NCBI RefSeq assembly: GCF_001194135.2
Contig: NC_068985.1
Coordinates: 49,627,221-49,691,208, forward strand
Direction: 5' to 3'
From: Octopus bimaculoides
Taxonomy: Eukaryota
Length of the DNA: 63,988 nucleotides
The notes under the pieces were generated by a model. That model was not told the DNA's origin. It worked only from the letters and a program-made list of their open reading frames with translations, and ran no database searches. Every line of letters begins with the position of its first letter. Position 1 is the stretch's first letter. Shown here piece after piece: positions 1 to 12,684 of the stretch. Both the position numbers and the translations under genes were made by a program.

Positions 1-545
1 ACATACATGTAAGCTTGCTTCCTAAGTACATGGTTCTGGGTTCACTTCCACTGCATGGCACCTTGAGCAAGTGTCTTCTAATATAGCCTTGGGCCGACCA
101 AAAGCTTGTAAGTGGATCTGATATACAGAAAGTGAAGAAGCTCATCATATGTGTATGTGTGTGCGTGCACTCCTACCACCACTACTTGACAACCGGTGTT
201 GGTGTGTTTATGTCCCCATAACTTAGCAGTTAGGCAAAAAAGACTGATAGAATAATGTTATGTCTCAAGCTACTGCTATCTAGCACCTTTGGATGATCTC
301 TACTCAACTGCTACACAACTACTACTCAACACACCTACCATGGCCAGACTATCTCTATTTATATGTCTTGGGAGATCCTACTTCTTCGCCTGGGGGCGTC
401 GACACAACAAATAAGTACTAAGCTTAGCAAAAAAATTAAGTTCTGGGGTCAATTCATTTGACAAAAAATTCTTCATGACAGTGCCCCAGCATGGCCACAG
501 TCTGATGACTGAAACAAGTAAAGAAGTAAAAGAATATACATGTGT
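1..545 (+). mobile_element. SINE family A copy, head cut by window start, interrupted by an unrelated ~150-bp insert (~256-408)
   Basis: aagcttgcttcc..ccttgagcaagtgtcttc..gatagaataa[insert]aaataagtact..gactgaaacaagtaaa. Confidence 0.75.
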
Positions 546-1994
546 GCATAATCTTGTATCCAACAGTACAAGAACACAATCACTACATGCCACCAAGAAA
601 GCAACACTTTACCCCACCCCTCCTTAACCAAGAACCACATGCAGCTAGAAAGCTTAGAGAAATTACCACAAATACCTCACCATTACTGATGATCTCTCCT
701 TATGATCTTACAGCCACAACATAGCAAAAACTAAACCACAAAATACTGTCATTGCTCTTAAGAAACAGGAAACACTTGAGCACGCAAAACCAACTTACTC
801 TTTATAAAACTCAAGTGAAACTCACAACTACTTCCCTCAGATCTGAAATGATGCAACAGCTGTACATGTAGATAGCCTAAATCAGTGTTTCTGATAGACA
901 GCAGGAAAGTAGGTCCCATGTAAGTGGAGCTCTGCAGATTGAAATGGGGGTGAAAATGGTCATGTTTAACAAAATTAAGAGGGTTTCCAAATATTTAAAT
1001 TTGGAAAACACCTTGGTGAGGAATGAATTATACGATGATCATCATCTTTTAACATTCACTTATCCATGCTTATATGGGTCAGACAGAGTTTGTTGAGGCA
1101 GATTTTCTATTGCCAGATACCCTTTCTGTTGTGAACCCCCACCTGTTTCCAAGCAAGATGATATTACCTCATGGCCAGACTTGAAATGGACAACATCACT
1201 ATAATATCAAGACAAAGGTACACACACACACACACACACACACGTGAATGTGTGTGTGTGTGTGTGTGTGACAGGCTTCCAGTTTCTATCTACCAAATCC
1301 ACTCACAAGGCCTTGGTTAACCCAGGAACTCAGGACTATACTAGAAGACATTTACCCTTGCCCAAGACACCACACAGCAGGATTGAACAAGAGACCATAA
1401 GGTTAGGGAGCCACTTCCTTAACCACAAAGCCATGCTTGAATGCAAAAACCGTTGATCTTGGATCACAAAAAAGAAATAGAAAAAAAAATCACTTGGTTA
1501 ATTGGCATAAAGTTTCTCACAATTACACTCCAATTGTCTTCACAGACAAGCTGTCTCCTATCTCTCTCTACTACAGTAGTCTCTATTCCTTGGAGTTTTC
1601 TGATCTTATATCACCCTCATGAGATCATTCCCCAGATTGCTTATATCTCTCCTTTCATTACTTATGTTGCTTTGAGCCTCACTCAAGTCTTGCATTAACC
1701 ACTGCATCCCTTCCTTCTTTCCCAAGAATTCTCTGGAGTTCCCTCCATGCTCATGTTATTCCTGCAGCAGTCAACTTGTGACTTTTGAAGAGGGACAGTA
1801 ACTATATTGCTCTTAATTCTCTTGGAGGATCTATAAGGGTTATAAATACAGCCCTTTCCTCCAGACCACAAAATCATATATGCGTGAAAGAGAGAGAGAG
1901 AGAGAGGGAAATGTATGAATGAGTATATATGTGTATGTGTGAGTATCTCTCCATATACAGATATATACACATGCACTTCCATAGACATCTATGT

Positions 1995-2035
<41 letters not shown>

Positions 2036-2185
2036 TGTGGATTGGCAAAATTGTCAGAGCATTGAATAAAATTCTGAGTTCAAATCTCATTAAGGTTTAT
2101 TTTGTCTTTCATCCTTTCAGGGTCAATAACAAAGTACTAATCCAGGATTGCCATGATGACTTGCAGTTTTGGTTCCAACTCTTAC

Positions 2186-2272
2186 ATTCTGAACTTCTGG
2201 ATGGTAGACTTAATCTTTCACCTGCTTTAACATCATCATCTGGCACCTTGGATGCCATTTTCAGAGTCCACT
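2186..2272 (-). CDS. Candidate downstream coding exon (87 nt, phase 1-1): QWTLKMASKVPDDDVKAGERLSLPSRSSE
   Basis: tgaatacttataacag|AGTGG...TCAGAAT|gtaaga. Good donor, moderate acceptor; only phase 1 is open; joins the 180-nt exon in frame (..EEDLERFE-Q-WTLKM..). Confidence 0.5.
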
Positions 2273-2598
2273 CTGTTATAAGTATTCAATCAGTTCTCTA
2301 GTTGGAAAATAATTTCCTTCCTTCCTCTGACCAATCTTAGAGACTCAAAAATATAAAGGAACCTGGACATTGCCTTCTCTCCTTAACTAAGCAGTAAAAG
2401 GGGGGGGGGGAAACTGGCTGACTATTCTACATACAATTGCATATGCTAGTGCATGTAGATATAGCACTTTCTTTGTTGCTGTAGGAGTAACATGTAACTG
2501 AAATGAAAATATATGATTGAAAATCTGGTTAATCAATTCCATCAGTATAAATTTAGTTATACTGATTTTACCTCAGAAACTGATTTTTCTTACTACAT

Positions 2599-2664
<66 letters not shown>

Positions 2665-5600
2665 CGTGCGTGCGTGCGTGCTTGTGTGTTGGCAGATATA
2701 AGCATATTCATGCAGAGTTGTTAACAGATGCATGTACAAACATCTGTGTACATATGCTGCACTTCCTTTCATATGAGACAGAATATTCATAAAGTAATAA
2801 TACTGAATTATATTTATCCATTTTTGATCACTATGTGCAAATACATACACACGCACACATATATACATATGCATATTTACATGTACACTTATAAATATGC
2901 ATACACAGATGAACTTAAATGCACATAATTGGAAAATAATTATTTTCCTGTTATTTCACACTTACTTTTATGCCCTTTGTCTATTAATCTATCTATCTAT
3001 CTATCACACATAATGACCCTCTAATCTTTACTCTTTTCAATCTCACTTTTAAAGATGCAATTTTCTATTTGTGAAAAAAAAAAAAGAAAAACATTAATAA
3101 AATAACAATGTCAAATAAATTTGAAATAATTAAAACCAAAATGAAACAACAAAAACAATAACCTGAGTGATTTTTAAATCTAATTGTTTGCAATATTTGT
3201 TTACATCCTTAGAATTAAATTAGAAACTTTACCAAGACAGACATACTTGTTTTTTTACAATCAACACACTGATAGTAACATGTAACTACTTATAAACAAC
3301 AGCAACAGACTATCATGTATTGCAGAGGTTTACATAAATGCCACACTCTTCCAATGACGGCACAGACATCACAGCCAGGTGTCACCAATACAATGAAACA
3401 AAACTAAATGAATAATGAACATACAAGGGATACAGTTTGTTGAGGCTGTGCTACCTTTGACTCTCACATATTTTTTAATGGTTTATTTAGAAGTGGATGG
3501 GCAACTCCTGACTCTTGATGAAGCATTCTAGACTTGTAGAAGTCATCCTATGACCAGCAACTTAGTCTGGATTCTTGCAATGGAATGGACTTCAGGTGAG
3601 AGCAATGTTAAACCATTAAACTGAGCATTAGATTAAATTTACTACCCAAGTATAAAAACAATTTCATACGAACTTAAAAAAAATTGTTTTCTAAAACACT
3701 TTACCAAAATAATAAAAAAAAGGAAATGCTTTTGAACATTTCACTGAACAATCATCATTAAATGTAGCTTATATAACACAACTAAAGAGAAACATCATTT
3801 CTGGTTCACTGAATATATATTTCAAACTGTGAAAATATGTGTTATAAATTACCAACTAAGATTTTAATTTGAATTATGCTCAACAATTAGCACAACAATT
3901 TAAGGTAGGAAAGTAAACAAAAACAAAAAAAAAACACAGACTTGAACTGTGTGTCTGTGATATACTGATTGACTTCATTGTTGACTGCTCATCATAATTT
4001 CTGCCTTTTCATTTGAATTTAAATGCTCTTTAACAAAATTAATATATGGAGGAGTTCCCATAATACAAATACATATAAAAAGCATTAACAAATTCATTTT
4101 AGGGTTATAATTATCCCTCCACACAAAAATTATTTTGTCTCTATTAGTCATGCATAATTCAACTCTCTCATATTTTCTATCTCAAAATTATTCTTGTTTT
4201 TAACTTAACATTTATCTTGCTTTATGTAGGATCCTCTTTTTCTCTCTTTTTTTATATTTTGACTCATGTGCCCAAGTTGTTGCTTCTATTGAGACATTGC
4301 TTTGTCTTACATCGGAAAAGACAAAGCAATGTAAGTCACAGTTTGTCTTACATCAATAGCCAAGCCCAGAAGGAATTATTTCCAACCATGAGAAGAATGG
4401 TATTGGGAGATGAACTTTGAACTTAGAAAGCAAAGAGTCAGAACAGCTACTGCAAGGCATCCCCTCCAGTATGCTAACATCCCCACCAATCTGCTATTCC
4501 GGACTAGTGCTCAATTAATTTACCCACCCCCACCTCATCCACTAACACAAAAAAAAAAAACTGATGAAAGACAAAGCTACTTTGGGGAGATTTGAACTCA
4601 GAGGGCAGAGATACTAAGCAAAAACTGCAAGGCATCATATCCAATGCTTTAATGACTTGACTAATTTTCTAATTTGATGCTTATGATGTCCACTATCAAG
4701 AAATAGTAGCTCTGTCAAAATTAGAAGCTTAGTGACAGAGTGGCTTTTATTTTCCACTACAAACCAAGATTGATTGATACAAGTTTCAAAAGTTAAGCAG
4801 CCACACCATCCCTATGTAACCAATAAATCTATGACTAATCAAATGATCAGTTATTAAGCAATATTGGTATCTAAAGATTAAAGGAATTACAGAAAATATG
4901 CCTACTGCTGTTTAGCCTCAGTTCAGCACTGAGACATTTGCTGAATTTTCAATTGCGAATCTCCTGTCTTTAAACTATAGCATATCCAGAGATGATACAC
5001 ATGTCTCCTTCTCTCTGGATAAGTATATCTCTGGAGAGATACACACGTTTTCTTCTCTCTTTAAGATGATAAGTTATGATTTCAGGGAAATTTAGCTGCT
5101 ATTTCTAGTAAAGACAGTAACCGTATTGAGACCTCACTTGTAGATTCTGTGGTGGTGGTGTTGGCAACAGCAGAAGTAGGCAACTTAGATTCAATCAAAT
5201 TTCAATTCAGTTATGTAGTTACTTCTCATGTGGTATGTACTCTTATACAGTTTTGGGGGTTAATGAGGTTTATTGATGCTTATAAAAAGAACAACATATT
5301 GGCAAATAATATTAATATCTCTGGTAGTGACAGTAATGATAATGGAGGTACTGTTCCTGTTGGTGGTAACAGTAATGTTGTGATGTAGTGATAAAGGTGG
5401 TTTCTTTTAATCTATATTAATCCCAGAAAGATAGCATCCATCTCCCACTATGTTCCAGCTGTCTCAAGTGATTGTGGAAAACAAGAAAAAGCACAAGAGC
5501 AAGATGTAACTGGGCGAAAAACTGTATCAAGTCTTAATATGTAGGATTGGATCTGTGTCTTATAGATTGGCTTGAAATGTGTTTAAAGAGATAAAAAGAA

Positions 5601-5962
5601 GCCATGTTTCACTTCCTTCAGCAAGTTTTACACTGAATGTGCTAACTCTAGCACTTGCATACATTTACATTCAAAAATATTACACATCATACTAAACTTT
5701 CTCACAAAAGATTTATCAACAATCAGTTATAGGTAGTCTGTTATATAGATGTCTTTTATCGTTTACTTGTTCCAGTCATTGAACTGCAGCCATGTTGTGG
5801 TTTCTCTTGTGACATGTACTCTTACACAGTTTTGATTAAGTCAAACAAATCAAATTAGTACTTAATTTTTTTTATTGTCAGTTTCTTGGTGAACCATTAA
5901 GTTATAGGTATATAACCAAGCCAACATGGAAAAACAAAGATACACACATACAAACACACATA

Positions 5963-6676
5963 CAGGGTTCGCCATAAGTAACTATATATTTTCTTTTGCT
6001 TGTAACTTTGTTGATACTAATTCAATTTTTCTATTTCATATGTCATTTGAAAGCTGAAATCTTATATTTTTCTATCTTTTTTTTTCCCCCTATTTCAGAT
6101 ATACTGTTATATCGATTATGTCCACCTGATTAACTAAAGAGCAAAAGATTGCAGTTTTGAAATGGTTCTGCACAAAGCTATCTGGCAGCTCAAATTTGTT
6201 CCTTAAGTTCAGCAATGTTGCGGGGCTTTGTTGAGTAGACTTTCTCTTTGAGAACGCTCCACAGGAAAAAGTCGGGTGGGGTCAAATCCGGCAAACAAGA
6301 CGGCCACTCAAGCGGTCCTCGCCTGCCAATCCATCAACAGGGCAGGTTGGCGTCCAACCAGTCTCGCACAAGTGTAGCATAATGGGCCAGTGTCCCGTCC
6401 TGCTGCAAGTACAGACCCTCTGCTCCATCCTGCTGTTGTAATAATGGCAAAAGCAGATAACTTTGTGCAGAACCATTTCAAAACCGCAATCTTTTGCTCT
6501 TTTGTTAATCGGGTGGACATAATCGATATAACAGTATATCTGAAATAGGGGGGAAAAAAAAAGAAATAAAAATATAAGATTTCAGTTTTCAAATGACATA
6601 TGAAATAGAAAAATTGAATAAGTATCAACAAAGTTACAAGCAAAATAAAACATATAGTTACTTATGGCGGACCCTG
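5963..6676 (-). mobile_element. Internally deleted Tc1/mariner element of rosa (DD41D) type with ~220-bp TIRs
   Basis: TA-flanked; TIRs ~5963-6184 and ~6454-6676; minus-strand remnant LYLQQDGTLAHYATLVRDWLDANLPC*WIGRRGPLEWPSCLPDLTPPDFFLWSVLKEKVY; Asp codons at 6397-6399 and 6271-6273 are separated by 41 residues. Confidence 0.9.
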
Positions 6677-6914
6677 TATATGTAAACACTACACCTTCCC
6701 TATATTAGATCTTGAACCTACAGTGAACCGTGGACAGCATGCCAGAGTATAACCTTGTGTGATTTTACATATACATTCAGCGTGTTTGGTCTGTACATGT
6801 GGACGTATGCATATATACTGTAGTAAGTATGTGAGTATCTGTCACACTGATGATACATGGGTCTGCTGTTCTTGATTCTAACATTATTATTAAAATACCT
6901 CAATTCTATTGGAT

Positions 6915-7875
6915 CAATCAATCAATCACTCAAATAATTAATTGATTATTTAAATTAATTCATTAGATAGTTATTTAATTACTTCAGTACTTAATTAAAA
7001 AATTAAGTAATTACTTCATTAATTAATAAATTAATTAAATACATAATTACTTAACTAATTATTTGCTTAATTACTTAACTAATCGATTGCTTAATTACTT
7101 AATTAATTGCTTATTATGAATTAATTGTTTATTATTAATTGCTTACTTATTTGTTTGATGAAAACATCTGATGAAAATGTTTCATAGATGCGACTGGTTT
7201 GATTCAGTTTCAAACTGTCCGATCCAGTTTGGACTGGTCTGATCTGGTTTCAACTGGTTCAAATCATTTCAGACCAGTTTAAGCCACTTCAAACTGATTC
7301 AAAACGCTTAATTAATTATAATTAATTGCTTAATGAGTTAATTATTTGTCTGATGAAAATGTTTGATGGGTGCAACTAGTCTGATCTGATTTTGACCTGT
7401 CTGATCAAGTTCAAATCAGTTTTTAAACCATTTTGAACTGGTGTGAACCAGTTTCAACAGATTAATAGCATTTTGAACCAGTTCAAACCAGATTTAATTA
7501 ATTAATTAATTGCACCATTAATTAATTAACTGCCTTATAAGTTAATCACTTAATTAACAATTAATTGCTTAATAATCAATTGCTTAATTAATTGATTGCT
7601 TAATTAATTAACAAATTGCTTAATTAATTGTGTGATAAAAATGTCTGATGGTTGAAACAGTTTCTACCAATTAATTAGTTACTTGCTTAATTAATTAGTT
7701 AATTAGTTGTTTGCTTGCTTGCTTAGTTGGTTGCATAATTAACTAATTAATCAGTTGCTTATTTAATTAAAGAGTTAATTAATTAGCTACTTGCTTAATT
7801 AACTAATCAAGCAGCTAATTAATTAATTAACCAACCAACTAATTGATTAATTAATTAACCAAGCAACAAATTAAT
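6915..7875. repeat. Compound TTAATT-rich repeat with three conserved module heads
   Basis: tgt(c/g)tgat(g/a)aaaatgt(t/c)tgatgg-like heads near 7165, 7347 and 7629; aactggttt(c)/aaaccagttt iterations 7190-7490; TTAATTAA/TTGC spacers. Confidence 0.7.
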
Positions 7876-7897
7876 CAGTCAATCCCTCATTCACCTT

Positions 7898-7929
<32 letters not shown>

Positions 7930-8845
7930 CATACATACATACATACATACATACATACATACATACAAACAAACAAACAAACAAACAAACAAATAATGGG
8001 TTTCTTATAATTTCTGCCTACAAAATCCACTTGCAAGTTATTGATCAGTAAATGATACTTGTCCATGCAGTGAGACTGACCCTGAAACCATGTGATTGGG
8101 ATGCAAGCTTTTTACCATGCACAAAGTGAATCATTTTATATATTTTGGTCCTTATTGTAATAGAATTGATTATGGGTTCAATACTAGTATGCAGTATTTT
8201 GGATAAGTGTTTTATACTGCAGTTTCATATTGACCAATATCTTTCAAATAGAATTTGGTAGACCGGAACTGTGCAGCAGCTTGTATATATGTGTTTCTGT
8301 GCATGTGCTGATGAATGTCAACAAAGAAGGAAAATGCCACTGCAGAAACTAAAAGAAGCAGTACTATTTGAACAAAGTCCTTTGAAGTATATGTTCCTCA
8401 CTAGATTACAGACACTCCCTTGTCACTTTCACTATCAGAAATGCAGTGAACCTATGAGAAAATTGTAACCAATGTCATTATTGATCAAATAGCAGCATAA
8501 AATATACAAAATAAAATAAAAGCCTGAGTTGTGGTTTCTTATTGTGTAGTTAAAATGTTGATGACAACTATCAGAAATTTTATTTAGTAAAGTAATTGGT
8601 AAATTTGTCCTATTCCTGAAGATTATTGACATTGTAAACTACCAAACTGTCAATAATTACTAGTTAAGCTAGTACTGATCTAATGAGAGACAAGACGTTT
8701 TAATTAATTAATATTACACCTATATTGAGGAATAAAAAAGCCATTATCTTAATGGTTCATCCTTCCAAGTAATGCAGGAAGAGACAACTTTGAGATATCA
8801 ACATTAAGATTTAAATATTTAATTCAAACAATATGGGCCATACAG

Positions 8846-8946
<101 letters not shown>

Positions 8947-9577
8947 TAGAGAAGGAGAGAAAGAATAGAGTTTAATAAATACAGTGAAAACTCCAGTTAT
9001 GTCTCTGTCTTGCAAGACATATGCCAAAACTTATAGCAGGACCCGTGAATATTTCACAGAGTTAATGGTAAACTTATTATAACCTTTAGTTAAACTGCAT
9101 ATATTTACCATGTAAATAAGTGTGAATATTTCACAGAGTTGCACTTATGTGCATGTGCTGAATGATAGGTGATATAAAAACTGTGCTCAATTAAAAAAAA
9201 AAATTACACTTTTCACTATCCACTCACCACCACCGACTCCACCACCTCTACCAACACCATCATCTCTCTCTCTCTCTCTTTCCCTCTCCCTCTCTCTTCC
9301 TGCCTTCCATTAACCTCATCATCAGAACATCACCCCTCTACTAAAATTATATTTCTAACTCTCCTTCTGTATATCACTATCTTCAGCTAACTTTTTTAAC
9401 TACGTAATAAATATTGTTCCTTCTACCTCACATCATGGACGCCTCTCTCTCTCCCTCTTTTTCTCTCTCTTTTCACTCCCTCTTTCTCCCTCACTTTCTG
9501 CCTTACACTCTTTCTCTTGTTTTTCTTTCTCCCTCTTTTTCTCTCACTCTTTGCCTCCTACTCACGTCATGAACAAT

Positions 9578-9743
9578 GCAGGCATGGCTGTGTGCTTAAG
9601 AAGCTCACTTTCCGACCACATGGTCTAGGGTCAGTCTCACAGCATGGCACCTTGGATGCGTGTCTTCTACTATAGCGTTACGCTGAACTAATGCCTTGTG
9701 AGCGAATTTGGTAGATAGAAACTGAGTGGAAGCTCAGTGTGTG

Positions 9744-9790
<47 letters not shown>

Positions 9791-9800
9791 NNNNNNNNNN

Positions 9801-9844
<44 letters not shown>

Positions 9845-10088
9845 GTGTGTGTGTGTGCATCTCTGTGTTTATCTCCCACTCCACCCTCACCTTTTGATAC
9901 CTGGTGTTAGTTTGTTTATACATCCCCATAACTTGTGGCTCAGCAAAAAAGGCCAACAGAATAAGTACCAAACTTTTTTTTTTTAAATAAATGAAAACTG
10001 TAGTAGTTTTGTTTACCTAAACCCTTCAAGGTAATGCACCACCATGGCTGCAGTTCAATAACTGAAACAAGTTTAACAAATAAAAGAT
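9578..10088 (+). mobile_element. SINE family A copy
   Basis: Head ggcatggctgtgtg.., internal (TG)n with gap, tail actgaaacaagt. Confidence 0.8.
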
Positions 10089-10519
10089 GATTTGTAACAA
10101 AACCAAAGGAGGGAGACAACTCAAAAGTCCATCTATCCATCTTATCTGCTCAATATTCCTTTGAGAGAAGAGTCATCAGGCACCTTCACTTTCCTGCCAG
10201 AAGTGTCATTAGTCTTGCCAGGTAGATTCACAAACATGTCCGATAGAAACTATAGACATTATTCAACCATCTCATTCTTGGTCTATTGCTAAGTCGCCTG
10301 CTGGTAAGGGAATAAAACATGAAAATGAATTTATGCACCCGAGATCCTATAAATGAAATGGTCAACAAGAGTCTCAACAGCAATAGCTGTGTAATAACTG
10401 TTTGTACACCAATTTTTACATCAACAGCTTTATAGTAAATGTTTGTACATCAATTCCTACAGTTTTAAAATATCTCATGAACAGCTTTCCACAAGAACAG
10501 TGAACCTCAACACAACAAA

Positions 10520-10573
<54 letters not shown>

Positions 10574-11094
10574 TGTGAGAGAGAGAGAGAGAAAGAGACC
10601 ATGACTTGCAAACAAGGTTAATGACAAAAGATTTCTATTGTAACTTAAGTCAGTCACCTCACTCTACAGGTCTCACTCCGGTGAGCTGAATGACAAATAT
10701 TAACCTTGTGTCATTAATGAACTCTATTTTATATTATATTAGATTTTGTATTTTACGAAGAATCATGTTAATTATAGGTTTCCAGTAGGTCAGTTACTGG
10801 TTCACAGCAGAGAGAAAGAGAGAGATGCTGTGAGAGAAGGGAGATGCATACATCTTTCACTGATATACATTGTGGAAAGATAATCACTTACATTACACAA
10901 ATACACAAGAGTGTTTTAACAGCATTTGCATGTCACTGGACAAAATAATGTACTGGGACTTATAATAGTTATTTACTGACAGCAAGCCACAGCATACATA
11001 TTCATAAGCCCACCCACACTTCAAGAAAACATCTCACACTCTATCACAAGAAACCAAACTATGTCTCTACATATCTTCCTCACATTTCCGTTTC

Positions 11095-11880
11095 ATGTAC
11101 TATGATTACCTCCCACTCCCCAATCCTGTCCTCTTGGCCTTGTTCCACTGTATCATTGCTCTCCAGCTTGCCCCTGACCTGTGCATTCTACCCACATTCC
11201 CTGTCTTACTCTATTATTGCCATCTGCTAGCCTCTGACGTGGGTGTTCCACCCACATGTAACAAGGAAATTTTTCCCTCACCCTACCTCAACAAACTAAT
11301 CTACATCTCTTTCTCACATTTCCTCCTTCATACACTATGCCTGGCTCTTACTCCCCAATCCTGTCCTCACACCCCTGTTCCTCTGTATCATTGCTATCAG
11401 GTAGCCCCTCCAACTCTATATATATCCAGGTCTTTCGCCACTTACTCACACTCTTTAATCACACTCCCTTTGCAATATCTTTCCACTTATATCATGGCAC
11501 TTGAACCTCAAGGGTATGCTCTGGCACTTGCCACTATCTATATCACTCTCTTCGTTTACTCAACCATCTCATTTATATTCTGATCCCCGTTCCTTGTGAA
11601 TATGCCCCACATTTTGCCATCATCTCTATCCTGCTGCTGTCTCCCACTCTCTCTCCTTCTCCTGCACTTCTCTCAGGTTGGGCAACTGTGTATTTTCTTT
11701 GTGGTAGCACACCTGTTTCTGTCTTCATTCCTGATCTTTCTCTCTCTGGCCGGGTAAATTACTCATCTCACCCGTGCTTGGGCCACGTAAAAAGCACTAC
11801 TTACCTCGTCTGTGCTTGTGCCCCGTAAAATGCATAAAGTCCACTCTGCTGAGTGAGGGCAATGAAACCATCCTGCATGC
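11095..11880 (+). mobile_element. Probable pyrimidine-rich RTE 3' UTR fragment
   Basis: Same CT skew as the minus strand of 55780-56290 and contains gccacgtaaaaagcac modules; track ORF 11095..11583 is low-complexity. Confidence 0.45.
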
Positions 11881-12077
11881 ACTTATCCAGTGTCTGTGCA
11901 TTACTGACTTGTAGAGCTTTGGGTACGTCAATTGCATGGATTCCAGTGTTCAACTGATACTTATTTTATCGACCCCAAATGGATGAAATGCAAAGTAGAC
12001 CACAGTAGAATTTGAACTCAGAAGAAAACATTTTGTCCAGCATGCTAATGATTCTGCCAGTTTGCCACCTTAATAAT

Positions 12078-12312
12078 AATTATTTCTTTATTGTCCACAG
12101 GCGGCTAAACATAGAGGGGAAAAACAAGGACAGACAAAGGAATTAAGTTGATTGCATCAACCCCAGTGCATAACTGGTACTTATTTAATCGACCCCGAAA
12201 GGATGAAAGGCAAAGTCAACCTCGGTGGAATTTGAACTCAGAACATAACGGCTGACGAAATACTACTCAGCATTTTGCCCAGTGTGCTAATGGTTCTGCC
12301 AGCTTGCGACCT
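12078..12312 (-). mobile_element. SINE family B variant (second partial copy at ~11925-12070)
   Basis: gaccccgaaaggatgaaaggcaaagtcaacctcgg..ttctgccagcttgcgacc. Confidence 0.8.
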
Positions 12313-12652
12313 TAATAATAATAATAATAATTGCAGAACTGGAATGGCATGAACAATACAGATGAGAAACAACAGTGCTGGTATGCACATGTCAATCAAA
12401 CAAATAGACGAAAGATGTTGCTGGAAGAATAACAAATTAGTAGAAGAGTGGTTGAGATGGGTTGAAAGTGGGACGAAGAAGAAGAAGACTTGAAATGAGG
12501 GCATTAAATCAGACCATAGAGAAATTAAGCTACACAGAGAATATGGCTTTAATGGAGACCTGACCAGTATGGAGAGAAGTTTGTACATTAATGATGGTGG
12601 TGAGGTTAGTGTTGATGGTGATGATGATGATGAGGAGGAGGAGGAAGAGGAG

Positions 12653-12684
<32 letters not shown>

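Noticed and set aside
799-842. Next exon after 2186-2272
   Set aside because: Good sites, but the required phase-1 frame hits TGA; only a 17-nt version using an internal gtgagt donor would work, and this is unsupported.
10225-10305. Plus-strand exon ending at gtaagg
   Set aside because: The opposite strand reads RPRMRWLNNV, a decayed RTE C-terminus, which explains the coding-like look.
10892-10935. Minus-strand exon with strong splice sites
   Set aside because: Stops in all three frames; shows that such site pairs arise by chance (could at most be non-coding).
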